Part shown: positions 33,110-42,408 of the stretch, piece by piece
Layout of the letters: each line of letters opens with the position of its first letter
How positions within the stretch are numbered: position 1 is the first letter of the stretch
Source of the DNA: Acidobacteriota bacterium
GTDB taxonomy: Bacteria > Acidobacteriota > UBA6911
Assembly: GCA_963664705.1 (NCBI GenBank)
Contig: OY761556.1
Span: 3,200,001 to 3,264,000, forward strand
Reading direction: 5' to 3'
DNA: 64,000 nt
Position numbers and translations under genes: made by a program
The notes under the pieces: model-generated
The model's database searches: none
What the model was told of the DNA's origin: nothing
The model's input: the letters and a program-made list of their open reading frames with translations, nothing else

Positions 33110-33717
33110 ACTGGTACCTCGATTTTGCGATACAGCTGCGCATCCGCCACGAGGGGCTCGAAATAGGGCACGGCCTCTTCGGGAAGCTTCTGAGTATGCT
33201 CTGTAACAAACAACCCGCCCGGTTCCAGCGCCTTGTGAAACATTTTGATAACCTCCACGCGTTCCGAACTCTGGAAATGCAGCAGCACGTTTTTGCAAAC
33301 GACCAGGCTGAAGTTGTCTCGCACTGGAGAAAAACTGAGCAAATCGTGATGATGTATTTTCATTCGGGCCCGGAGGGTCTCAACGACACGGTAGCTTTCC
33401 GTGTTTCCATTCAGCGGCTCAAAATATTTTCTGAAATACTCCGATGGAACGCGTTTGAGTTCTTCCATCGGATAGGTGGCGGCTTCCAGAGTCTTCAGCA
33501 GCGGAGCATCATAGTCCGATGCGTGAATCTCCAGATTTCGGAAGCCGAACTGCCCCATGTTTTCCGCGAGGAGAATGGCCAGCGTATATGGCTCATGGCC
33601 CATTGCGCAACCCGCATCCCATATGCGTATCCTGCTCCTACCGGTAACGTGCGGAAGCAGATGTTCGATTGCGAGTTCCAGACAAGTCAGGTCGCGGAAA
33701 AAAAACGTAAAAGCCAT
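33100..33717 (-). CDS. cheR: Minimal CheR-type methyltransferase (SAM-binding domain only)
   Basis: Starts directly at TFFFRD; WDAGCAMGHEPYT, HDLL, CKNVLLHF; lacks the N-terminal helical domain. Confidence 0.85.
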   Translation of the reverse strand: MAFTFFFRDLTCLELAIEHLLPHVTGRSRIRIWDAGCAMGHEPYTLAILLAENMGQFGFRNLEIHASDYDAPLLKTLEAATYPMEELKRVPSEYFRKYFEPLNGNTESYRVVETLRARMKIHHHDLLSFSPVRDNFSLVVCKNVLLHFQSSERVEVIKMFHKALEPGGLFVTEHTQKLPEEAVPYFEPLVADAQLYRKIEVPVCV

Positions 33718-35823
33718 TTAATGCACCCTCATAGACAACGGAGCTCTCTCCGCTTTTTTCAAGAGCTTGGGCAGGTCCAAAATAAGAGCCACATTGCCCT
33801 CGCCCAAAACCGTAGCCCCGGAGATTTCCTCAATATTCTTCAGGGCTCTTCCCAGAGTCTTGATTACGGTCTGATGCTGTCCGATCACCTGGTCCACAAC
33901 AAAACCCACGCATCGTTGATCGATTTCGGCGGTGACAATCTGTTCGAGGTCCGGTGGTTTGCCTTCGATATTGAGAAGTTCTCGAAGCGGAATATAGGGA
34001 ACGAGTTCCCCTCGAATCGTAGCGAGGTTCTTTCCCATCGCACGATCCCGTTCCGTGCGCTGGAGAGTCACGCATTCCTTGATTGCGGAAAGCGGCATCA
34101 CAAAGTGATCCTCCGCAATCTTCACCAGGAGACCGTCGATAATGGCCAGAGTCAAGGGCAGGCGCAGCGTGATGATGGTTCCCACACCTTTTGTGCTCGC
34201 AATGGCGATGGATCCCTGCAACGCATCGATGTTTCGGCGAACCACATCCATGCCAACGCCCCGGCCGCTGATATTTGTTATCTTTTCAGCCGTCGAAAAC
34301 CCGGGGGCCAGAATGAGCGCAAACAGTTCTGATTCCTGCATTTGGGCATCAGGCGTGATGAGTCCTTTTTCGATGGCTTTCGCCCGGATGGCTTCTGTAT
34401 CCAAACCGGCGCCGTCATCCTTGATCTGAATAACCACGCTGGCTCCCGAATGGGCCGCAGACAGGGCTATGGTCCCTTGCGCCGGCTTGCCCTGTGCGAG
34501 TCGTTCCTCGGGCCTCTCGATACCGTGATCTATACTGTTGCGAATCAGATGAACCAATGGATCATTCAATCTTTCGATGACGGTCTTATCCAGCTCCGTC
34601 TCCCCGCCATCTGTTACCAGAACGATCTCTTTCTTCAATTCCGATGCCAGGTCGCGAACCAGGCGATTGAACTTACTGAAGGTTGTCCCGATGGGAAGCA
34701 TGCGGATGCTCATGGTAGTGTCCCGCAATTCCGCAACAAGGCGCGCCACTTCATCCGCACACTGCAGCAGTGCCGGATGCCCCTGTTTGTTGGCAATTTG
34801 CGTGAGGCGCGACTGAACCGTGACGAGCTCGCCCACCATATTGACGAGGCTGTCGAGCTTTTCCGCCGGGACACGAATGCTGTGGGCCTGCTCGGCCGAG
34901 GCCTTTTTCTGGTGGACCTCCTTCAACTGATCCTGCTCGGCCAGTGCAGCGGCAACTTTGTCCGCGGTAACCGCATTGCCCTCGACCAGCATCTGGCCAA
35001 GGCGCGGCTGCGCTTCCAGGTACCGAATCAATTCTTCAGTGGATATATCGCCACGATCCACAAGAATCTCGCCGATCCGTTTGACACTTCCGGCCGGATC
35101 AACCGATCCCGTCTCGCTGATCGTCTCGATGGCAAGACTGCAATCGTCTTCAACAAATATGAAGACATCCTTAATGGCATTAATGCCCCTCTCGGTTGTG
35201 AGAATGATATCCCAGTGCATATAGCACATCTCGGGATCGAGATCGTCCAGCACAGGAAGTGCTTCCGTCTGGGCTATCACGCGGCATTCCCCGAGCATCT
35301 TCAGTTCATTCAGCAATCCCAGGGGGTTGGTCCCATTGGCGAGAATCTGCAGCGCCGGCTGGAACCGAATTCGATAGGTACGTTCCGCCGACTCCGCCGC
35401 TGTGGCAGGCTGCGCTTTGGGTGCATCTCCCGTGGCGGATTCGCTTGTTGGAAGCAGCATTTTCCTGAAGGCAGTGACAAGAGAGGAAACGGTTTCATCA
35501 GACGAGCAGTCTTTCTCAGGATTGTCTATCATCCCACGGATCTGATCGCAAGCGGCAAGCGTCAGGTCAATAAGCTCTTTTGACACCCGAAGCTTTCCAT
35601 TTCGGATCAGATCATAGATGGTCTCCACGTCATGCGTGAAGGCGGCAACCTGGGTGAACCCGAACATAGCCCCAGATCCTTTGATCGTGTGCATCGCGCG
35701 GAAAACGCTGCCGATGACATCGCGGTTGTCAGGTTCCTTTTCCAGCTCAAGCAACGAATTCTCTAATTCGCCCAGGAGTTCTCCCGCTTCCTCCCGGAAT
35801 GCTTCCCTGTGACGATCCATCAT
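33718..35823 (-). CDS. cheA: Chemotaxis histidine kinase CheA
   Basis: FRAMHTIKG (Hpt), HLIRNSIDHG, DDGAG, GFST, SGRGVGMDVV, LPLTLAII, C-terminal CheW domain. Confidence 0.97.
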   Translation of the reverse strand: MMDRHREAFREEAGELLGELENSLLELEKEPDNRDVIGSVFRAMHTIKGSGAMFGFTQVAAFTHDVETIYDLIRNGKLRVSKELIDLTLAACDQIRGMIDNPEKDCSSDETVSSLVTAFRKMLLPTSESATGDAPKAQPATAAESAERTYRIRFQPALQILANGTNPLGLLNELKMLGECRVIAQTEALPVLDDLDPEMCYMHWDIILTTERGINAIKDVFIFVEDDCSLAIETISETGSVDPAGSVKRIGEILVDRGDISTEELIRYLEAQPRLGQMLVEGNAVTADKVAAALAEQDQLKEVHQKKASAEQAHSIRVPAEKLDSLVNMVGELVTVQSRLTQIANKQGHPALLQCADEVARLVAELRDTTMSIRMLPIGTTFSKFNRLVRDLASELKKEIVLVTDGGETELDKTVIERLNDPLVHLIRNSIDHGIERPEERLAQGKPAQGTIALSAAHSGASVVIQIKDDGAGLDTEAIRAKAIEKGLITPDAQMQESELFALILAPGFSTAEKITNISGRGVGMDVVRRNIDALQGSIAIASTKGVGTIITLRLPLTLAIIDGLLVKIAEDHFVMPLSAIKECVTLQRTERDRAMGKNLATIRGELVPYIPLRELLNIEGKPPDLEQIVTAEIDQRCVGFVVDQVIGQHQTVIKTLGRALKNIEEISGATVLGEGNVALILDLPKLLKKAERAPLSMRVH

Positions 35824-36185
35824 CCGAGCACCTTTTTCACAACAGCAACGAGTTGTTCAGGTTTGAACGGTTTAACAATCCAGCCGGTAGCCCCGGCCAT
35901 TTTCCCTTCCTGCTTTTTTTCGGCCTGGGATTCCGTGGTTAACATGACGATGGGCGTGAACTTGAACTCCGGCATTCCACGCAGCGCCTTGATGAGCCCG
36001 ATACCATCGAGGTTCGGCATGTTTAAGTCGGTGATGACCAGATTCACCGGCGATCCGGCTATCTTTGAAAGGGCATCCTGCCCATCCACAGCCTCCATGA
36101 CGTCATAGCCAGCATCCTTCAGTGTGAAACTGACCATCTGCCTGACGCTTGCAGAGTCATCCACGCTCATGATGGTTTTGCTCAT
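35820..36185 (-). CDS. cheY: Single-domain response regulator CheY
   Basis: MSKTIMSVDDS, TDLNMP, LTTES, WIVKPF. Confidence 0.95.
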   Translation of the reverse strand: MSKTIMSVDDSASVRQMVSFTLKDAGYDVMEAVDGQDALSKIAGSPVNLVITDLNMPNLDGIGLIKALRGMPEFKFTPIVMLTTESQAEKKQEGKMAGATGWIVKPFKPEQLVAVVKKVLG

Positions 36186-36517
36186 CTGACTTCTCCAGAC
36201 TTCCATAGGCAGGTCGCATTCCGATCGAGGACACAACCGTGTTCGCGTTCGAGCCCTAACCCACGCCAAACGCTTGCCAGTGCAGCAGGGACCGGAGTGG
36301 TAATCCGAAAACTTGAACCATTTTTGAGTGCACTGCGGTGCGCCGAGCACAGAAGCTGCAGCCCGGTTGTATCGATCGCGGTGACCCCGGACAGATCCAG
36401 TTCAAGGCTGCCCGCGCGTTGAAACGCTGTCAGTACCTGCTGCCTTATCTCCTGGATACGCTGGATCACGAGTTCTCCCTCCAGCGCTATCACCTCATAT
36501 TTCTCTGAAGGCTCCAT
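36182..36517 (-). CDS. STAS-domain protein
   Basis: LEGEL, LDLSGVTAIDTTGLQLL; directly upstream of cheY. Confidence 0.88.
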   Translation of the reverse strand: MEPSEKYEVIALEGELVIQRIQEIRQQVLTAFQRAGSLELDLSGVTAIDTTGLQLLCSAHRSALKNGSSFRITTPVPAALASVWRGLGLEREHGCVLDRNATCLWKSGEVR

Positions 36518-36531
36518 ATTCCCTCCAGCTC

Positions 36532-38325
36532 CTAAAAGAGCTCCACGTTGTCGCCCAGGTCGTCCGCCCCGCCCGAATCCATAAGGCCCGGGTCAACCTC
36601 CACGGAAAGGCACTCGCTATCGCCCGAAGGTTCCAGGCAGCTTCGATGAACGTCCCGTTCCTGCTGCATCGTGTAGGAGGCTTCCATTGCCTCGATCTCG
36701 GATCTTCTCGAAGATTGGAATCCTTCCGGAAGCACAAGGCGTGAACCTGCAACCAGGTCGTCAATAGCAAGGCTGACCTTCTCGATCTCGCCAATCAGCA
36801 ATGCCGGAGATCGGAATTGCCCAACGGCGTCGGAGACATCCGTAAACAGCGAGCCTCCCAGGCCTTCTATTTCCTGCAGCGTCTTGTCTGCATTCCCATC
36901 TGCAGCCTGCATGCCCATGACAATCTCACGGATCTCTTTGCCAAACGCGGCGGCAGCATCGCGGGTCCATTTCGTGCCTTCGGTATTGCTTGAGGAAAGA
37001 CTCCGGGCAAGACCGGTAACACCATTTAACGCCTCTGTGATTTCGACGATCTCATTCGCGGTTTGTGAGGCAAGGTGCCGCGTCTCCTTTGCCAGGACGC
37101 CAAGAGTAATCCCGTCCTTTCCAATCCGGGCAGCGTTCAGACTCGCGTTCAGAACGCTGATTTTTACTCCCTTGCCGATTCTCTGAATGTCATCGGTGAA
37201 TGAAGCCATCTCTTCCACCGAATCAGCGACTGAGCTCATGGAGGAAAGAATGTGGCCGTTAATCGACGCATATTCGGAATAAGCATCGACGATGGAATCA
37301 AGGCCATTTTCCAGATCCGCCAGAAAAGAAGTGCCGCCGGCTTCGGACTGGCCGGCCAGTTTCCTGGCCTGCATCGTGATTGAATTGATTTCCTGAACCA
37401 GCGCAAGGAGATTCTGTTTCAGTCTGGCTACAGCCTGCTCAAAATCATCCTTGGCAAGCCGTAACTGTACGGACTGAATCCGGCTTACGTCCGAAATAAA
37501 GGCAATATCGTCATGGGTCGCAGCTTCGCATTCCGCGGGCAAGCCGGTTTTTCGAATAGCGTCGGTGGCATGTTCAATTCGCTGCCGGGTAATATCGTGC
37601 GATTGCAGGGAAGCCACAATATCGCTGATGTGCCTTGCAATGGTCTGATATTCCGACGAAAGCTCTCCCAGCATCGAGGAGGATAATTCGCGCTTGCTGC
37701 CCAACTGTCCGAGATTGGAGAGAATCCTGTTCAAAACAGGGTTTGCATCCCCCGCCTGCCGTTTTTCATTTTGCGAAATATCCGCAAGGTTTCGATGAAT
37801 CAGCTGGTCAAGCGAGGCGGAGCGTTCTTCCAACTCCATGGATTTGGCGCGAATCTCATTCCCCAGCGATTTCAAGTTGTCGGCCACAGTCTGAAAACCG
37901 GTCGCGGATTCCTCAAATCGAGCGTTTTCGATTTTCAGGAGCACGCATATGATGTCGATCTGTTTTGTGATCCGCTCAAGCTGCCTGAAATGGAGGCGTA
38001 TCCCACGGAAGCGTGCCAGGATTGTGTTGAGTACGTCCTTGCCCTGGCCCGTACCGGACTCCATCCGCTGAATTTCATCTTTCAGCTTGCGCAGGCTTTC
38101 GATGGCATGTTCCAGCAGTGATCCGCCCATCGCGGAAGCGATTGTGTTGGCTTTTGCGGCAGCTTCCCTGGACCTGTAGACAAATTCCTGCAGGCGCCCG
38201 CCCATGTGCAGGAATTCCTCTTCCGACTCGTGCGTCACACGATCGAGCGGGTCAATCGATTGGATCAGAACCCTGTGGGAATCCAGAAAATTTCTTTCCG
38301 GAGTAGGTTCAAGAGTCTGTCCCAT
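36532..38325 (-). CDS. Divergent soluble MCP-like coiled-coil protein (CheZ-like QxHDITRQ motif; C-terminal DNVELF)
   Basis: Two degenerate hairpin-tip motifs (KIENARF..GF; LNASLNAARIGKDG), LQSHDITRQRIEH, YTMQQERDVH, DDLGDNVELF; start uncertain (38325-38409). Confidence 0.72.
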   Translation of the reverse strand: MGQTLEPTPERNFLDSHRVLIQSIDPLDRVTHESEEEFLHMGGRLQEFVYRSREAAAKANTIASAMGGSLLEHAIESLRKLKDEIQRMESGTGQGKDVLNTILARFRGIRLHFRQLERITKQIDIICVLLKIENARFEESATGFQTVADNLKSLGNEIRAKSMELEERSASLDQLIHRNLADISQNEKRQAGDANPVLNRILSNLGQLGSKRELSSSMLGELSSEYQTIARHISDIVASLQSHDITRQRIEHATDAIRKTGLPAECEAATHDDIAFISDVSRIQSVQLRLAKDDFEQAVARLKQNLLALVQEINSITMQARKLAGQSEAGGTSFLADLENGLDSIVDAYSEYASINGHILSSMSSVADSVEEMASFTDDIQRIGKGVKISVLNASLNAARIGKDGITLGVLAKETRHLASQTANEIVEITEALNGVTGLARSLSSSNTEGTKWTRDAAAAFGKEIREIVMGMQAADGNADKTLQEIEGLGGSLFTDVSDAVGQFRSPALLIGEIEKVSLAIDDLVAGSRLVLPEGFQSSRRSEIEAMEASYTMQQERDVHRSCLEPSGDSECLSVEVDPGLMDSGGADDLGDNVELF

Positions 38326-38473
38326 GTGCCATCCATACTGTTTGGGCCAAAAAAAAAGGCATTGCGGGCAGCTGGATTCGTAAAATCCATCTGCCTGCAA
38401 TGCCTTCAACTTGCAGGGCCGACTCCCTGCACGAAAAGGTGACCGGCATCACAAGCGCCGGTAATCACTCTGC

Positions 38474-38501
38474 AGATCGGCTCAAGTCATGCAAAACTTT
38501 A
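38474..38501 (-). promoter_or_regulatory. Sigma28 (FliA/SigD)-type promoter of the chemosensory operon
   Basis: Minus strand TAAAGTTT-N12-GCCGATCT versus consensus TAAAGTTT-N11/12-GCCGATAA. Confidence 0.72.
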
Positions 38502-38925
38502 TGGCCCGAAATAGGGAATCTGCCTGATCCGGCACCTTCGAAAAAATCTCTCTAGTGCACCTGCATTATCATTCGGATGCAGACATGGGAACAACGGACT
38601 AGCTGCAGTAAAATATCTCCGGACCTTTACTGCATGTCATTGAATAATTGAGATTTATTTTTCGGGTTGCGCACCGGGCCAGGCACAAATCGGTTGGGCT
38701 CTGCACTCGATATGCCCGACCGGTCGTCTCTCATTGCCCCAGGGGAAAAACGCAGAGTCCCGATCCATCAGGTCCCGCCGGATAAACGGATACTAAAGGA
38801 ATTTGCTTTTCAATTCCTGAAATATGAAAAAAATGCTTCCCCCAGCGATCCCCATGCAAATGAAACAGGGAGTTTTCGGTATTCCCGGTCTCGTCGGCCG
38901 GGCTGCGTCGCTTACCGTGGACTCT

Positions 38926-40353
38926 TTATTGGCGCGTGCCCAGATCCTTCAGCCGAGTGCCCTTTTTAAGATTCAGTTCCAGTTCTTCGAGGGTAATGCC
39001 CTTTGTCTCAGGAACGAACAGAGCGACAAAGAAGATCGAGAGAACGCAGAATCCCGCAAAGACATAGAAGATGGACGCATTCCCGTATGCATTCATAAAC
39101 GAGAGCGCATTGGCCATGACGAGACCCGCGAATGTCCAATTCACCATGGTGGTGATTGTCATCCCAACCTCGCGTCCTTCCAGAGGAAAGATCTCGGAGC
39201 AAACCAGCCATACGACCGGCCCCCAGGAAACGGCGAAACCGAAAATGTAGAGAATGGCCGAAACCAGCAGCACCATTTTGGGCGCTCCGCCGATGAGGGC
39301 AGGGTCGGAGATACCGCCGATTGCGTGAAAAGCCATGCCGGATGCAACCATGGTAACCAGCATTGCGACGGCTCCCACATACAGCAGTTTTTTGCGCCCC
39401 CATTTCTCTACCAGGTGAATTGCGGGAAAGGTGAACAGCATGTTGACGGTAGGCACCGTCATCATGGCGAGCAGGCCTTTCATGCCCGCGTATCCGAAAA
39501 TAGTCGGCGAATAGTAGATCATCATATTGATGCCGACCAACTGTTGGAACGCCTGGAGCAGAACTCCGACAACGAGAACTTTGAGGAAATAGCCGCGGAA
39601 GACTATGCCGATGCCTGCTCCCTGCGGCCCATGAAGAGCTTCTTCGATTTCTCCAATTTCCCTGTCGATTTCAGACTGGGTATTCAGCGTTCTGCGCAGA
39701 ACAGCGATCGCCTGATCCTTCCGACCTTTGAGCATCAGCCATCTCGGACTCTCAGGCAGGATAAAGCTGCCCGCAAACATCAATGCCGCAAACAGCGTTA
39801 CCGTGAGAAACATCATGGGCAATGAGGTCGCGGTGCTGGTGAAGGCCCGCGCGATAAATACATTGCTCAAAGCAATCAGGAAGATGCCGATGGTGATCAG
39901 CAACTGAAAGAGCGTGCCCATTGCACCGCGGATTGCAGCGGGTGCCGTCTCGGACAGATAAAGGGGCACGATAAAGGAGGCAATTCCGACGCCAAATCCC
40001 AACGCAAAACGGCAGGCCGACAAAACCGGAAGCGGCGGTAGCAGCGCCGAATAAGCCGACGCGGCCGTGAAGATAAGGCCTGCGAGAACTAGGCTCCGCT
40101 TACGGCCCAGAAATCTGGCAAAAATCCCTGAAAGAAGCGCGCCGAAGATGCCACCGGTAGCGAGGATGGCGGAGTAGCTCTCTTTGTCGTGTACGGCGAA
40201 CTTATAGTGCTCCGTCAGAGTATCGAGCGAATTAGCAATAAATCCCTGATCCAACCCGAATAGGAGTCCGCCCAAGGCCGCAACCATGCAAATAACGTAA
40301 ACGATGGTTTTGTATCCTCCTGCCTGAGTTCCCCCTGCCTGATTCTGTCCCAT
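38926..40353 (-). CDS. Sugar porter family MFS transporter
   Basis: GGLLFGLD, GRKRS, PLYLSETAP..RG, PESPRWL, QQLVGIN, PETKG. Confidence 0.94.
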   Translation of the reverse strand: MGQNQAGGTQAGGYKTIVYVICMVAALGGLLFGLDQGFIANSLDTLTEHYKFAVHDKESYSAILATGGIFGALLSGIFARFLGRKRSLVLAGLIFTAASAYSALLPPLPVLSACRFALGFGVGIASFIVPLYLSETAPAAIRGAMGTLFQLLITIGIFLIALSNVFIARAFTSTATSLPMMFLTVTLFAALMFAGSFILPESPRWLMLKGRKDQAIAVLRRTLNTQSEIDREIGEIEEALHGPQGAGIGIVFRGYFLKVLVVGVLLQAFQQLVGINMMIYYSPTIFGYAGMKGLLAMMTVPTVNMLFTFPAIHLVEKWGRKKLLYVGAVAMLVTMVASGMAFHAIGGISDPALIGGAPKMVLLVSAILYIFGFAVSWGPVVWLVCSEIFPLEGREVGMTITTMVNWTFAGLVMANALSFMNAYGNASIFYVFAGFCVLSIFFVALFVPETKGITLEELELNLKKGTRLKDLGTRQ

Positions 40354-40572
40354 GCGATCTCCTTCCCGCCTTTATAATGGCTGCCAACATCAGTCTTTCA
40401 CAGGATTTGTGCAGATTCTACAAAGAGAGGCGCAATAAAAATACCAAAATATATCTGAAGATGGACAAAACACGGCGCGGCGAGCCATCCATTCTCCCTA
40501 TCAAATTGATTTTGCCTCTATGCTATAGTGGAATTCCTCATAACCATAGATTGCAAAGCCGAGGGATAAACC

Positions 40573-42225
40573 TTGTTGGATATACTGGCGCAAAACCCGC
40601 TCTTACTTTTGTTCACCATCATAGGCTTAGGATATCTCGTCGGCAACATCAGCATTTCCGGCTTGAAACTGGGCGTGGCTGCCGTTTTGTTCGTGGGAAT
40701 GTTTTTCGGCGCCCTGGATCGCAGGCTGAGCCTGCCGGACCATATCTATATTATCGGTGTCGTTCTCTTTGTTTACTCCATGGGACTTCAATCCGGTCAT
40801 GGATTTTTTGCCTCATTCCGAAAACGGGGGCTTCGTTTCAGCATAATCGCAACCATCATCCTCGCGGTTGGAGGCGTCGCTTCGATCGTGGCAGGAAAAT
40901 TGATGGGACTCTCTGCCCCGACCATCGCGGGTCTCTTCTGCGGGTCGCTGACAAGTACCCCCGCCATGGCTACGGCGGTGGAAACAACCAAAAACCTGAC
41001 GACCAACCTTTCTCCGGAAATCAGAGAGCTCTACGCAAGCAGCCCGGTGGTCGCCTACGGATTAACGTATCCCTTCGGCGTTTTCGGCGTCATCCTTTTG
41101 TTTTTCATTTCAAACAAAATTCTGAAGGTGGATCCGGCCCGGGAATCGGTAGCGGCTCAAAAGGAATCGGAAAAGGAGACTATCTTCAGCCGCACCTTTA
41201 ATGTAACAAACCCGGCAATCGTTGGGAAAACGGTGGAGGAAGTATTGACGCCTATGGGAGAGTGCGGCTTCGTACTCACCCGCATACGGAAAGGCAACAA
41301 TACCGAAATTGTCACGTCTCAGACCGTTCTGGGCTTGGGAAACCACATCGTTGCCGCCGGCGATGGCGCTGCCTTGCAGCGGGCTCAACTGATTTTTGGC
41401 GAACTCGCATCGGAACATCTTCCTTCGGGACTTGGCAATATTCGCTATCGAAGAATGTTTGTGTCGAACAAGGCTGTCGTCGGAAAAACAATCCGCGAGC
41501 TGAATCTTACCCATGAGCTGCATGCCATTATCACCCGCCTGCGCCGGGGCGACATCGATATCGTTCCCACACCCGACACGGTTCTGGAAATGGGAGATCG
41601 TATCCGCGTTCTCACCCAGCAGGAGAACATGGAACGCGCGACAAAATATTTCGGCGACTCGCTGAAATCGATTACGGAGACCGACTATCTGTCACTCTCG
41701 CTGGGAATAGTCCTCGGTGTTTTCCTTGGCATGATCCCGATTCCACTCTCCCACGGACTGAGCTTTAAGCTGGGATTTGGCGGTGGACCGCTGGTGATGG
41801 GACTGATTCTCGGGCGGCTGGAACGAACCGGCCCGATTACCTGGGAAATGCCCTTTAATGCCAACCTGGTTCTGCGGCAGGTTGGATTGGTTTTCTTTCT
41901 TTCGACAATCGGGACAAAAGCCGGCTTCGGCTTCAGTGCAATTTTCCGATCAGGCGGGTGGGGATTGATTGTGGCGGGCATCGCGATCACTACCATGATT
42001 ACGATGACAACGGTCCTGATCGGCTATAAGTACTTGAAACTGCCAATGGCCGCCGTTATGGGACTGATGTCGGGCATACAGACGCAATCGGCATGCCTCG
42101 TATATGCCAATCAGCAAACCGACACCGATCTGCCCAATGTGTGGTATACCACGGTGTATCCGGCCTCCATGGTTGCCAAGATCATCATCGCGCAACTCCT
42201 TATTTCCACGCTGCTGCTTCATTAA
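40573..42225 (+). CDS. Aspartate:alanine exchanger (AspT/YidE) family transporter
   Basis: GSLTSTPAM, YGLTYPFG, two TrkA-C-like cytoplasmic domains, duplicated TM halves. Confidence 0.88.
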   Translation: MLDILAQNPLLLLFTIIGLGYLVGNISISGLKLGVAAVLFVGMFFGALDRRLSLPDHIYIIGVVLFVYSMGLQSGHGFFASFRKRGLRFSIIATIILAVGGVASIVAGKLMGLSAPTIAGLFCGSLTSTPAMATAVETTKNLTTNLSPEIRELYASSPVVAYGLTYPFGVFGVILLFFISNKILKVDPARESVAAQKESEKETIFSRTFNVTNPAIVGKTVEEVLTPMGECGFVLTRIRKGNNTEIVTSQTVLGLGNHIVAAGDGAALQRAQLIFGELASEHLPSGLGNIRYRRMFVSNKAVVGKTIRELNLTHELHAIITRLRRGDIDIVPTPDTVLEMGDRIRVLTQQENMERATKYFGDSLKSITETDYLSLSLGIVLGVFLGMIPIPLSHGLSFKLGFGGGPLVMGLILGRLERTGPITWEMPFNANLVLRQVGLVFFLSTIGTKAGFGFSAIFRSGGWGLIVAGIAITTMITMTTVLIGYKYLKLPMAAVMGLMSGIQTQSACLVYANQQTDTDLPNVWYTTVYPASMVAKIIIAQLLISTLLLH

Positions 42226-42296
42226 GCCCTAAATATTTGTGAACCAAATCAAGGGTACGGAGTATTAGCACTCGACACCACTTCATTTTTTCTCTC

Positions 42297-42325
42297 ACGG
42301 GGCGAAAGCTTGTGATTCGCCCCGT
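42297..42325. terminator. Hairpin between convergent genes
   Basis: ACGGGGCGAA-9nt-TTCGCCCCGT. Confidence 0.55.
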
Positions 42326-42332
42326 CCTAATA

Positions 42333-42408
42333 ATTCCAGATTCCAGATTCCAGATTCCAGATTGCAGATTTCAGATTCCAGATTTCGTCTTTATCTGAAA
42401 TTTGGAAT
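42333..42408. repeat. Heptamer tandem (ATTCCAG)x7 plus two inverted units
   Basis: ATTCCAG x4, ATTGCAG, ATTTCAG, ATTCCAG, then CTGAAAT TTGGAAT; contains the kinase stop codon. Confidence 0.85.

Noticed and set aside
33196-35583. + strand ORFs of 378 and 413 aa
   Set aside because: Antisense to cheA/cheR; no recognisable motifs
38410-38925. Possible c-di-GMP riboswitch upstream of the che operon; 9-bp inverted repeat at 38604-38634
   Set aside because: No GEMM consensus found by eye; the inverted repeat alone is too weak to call
38824-41201. ORFs 38824..39825 and 40377..41201
   Set aside because: Overlap the well-supported transporters antisense or out of frame
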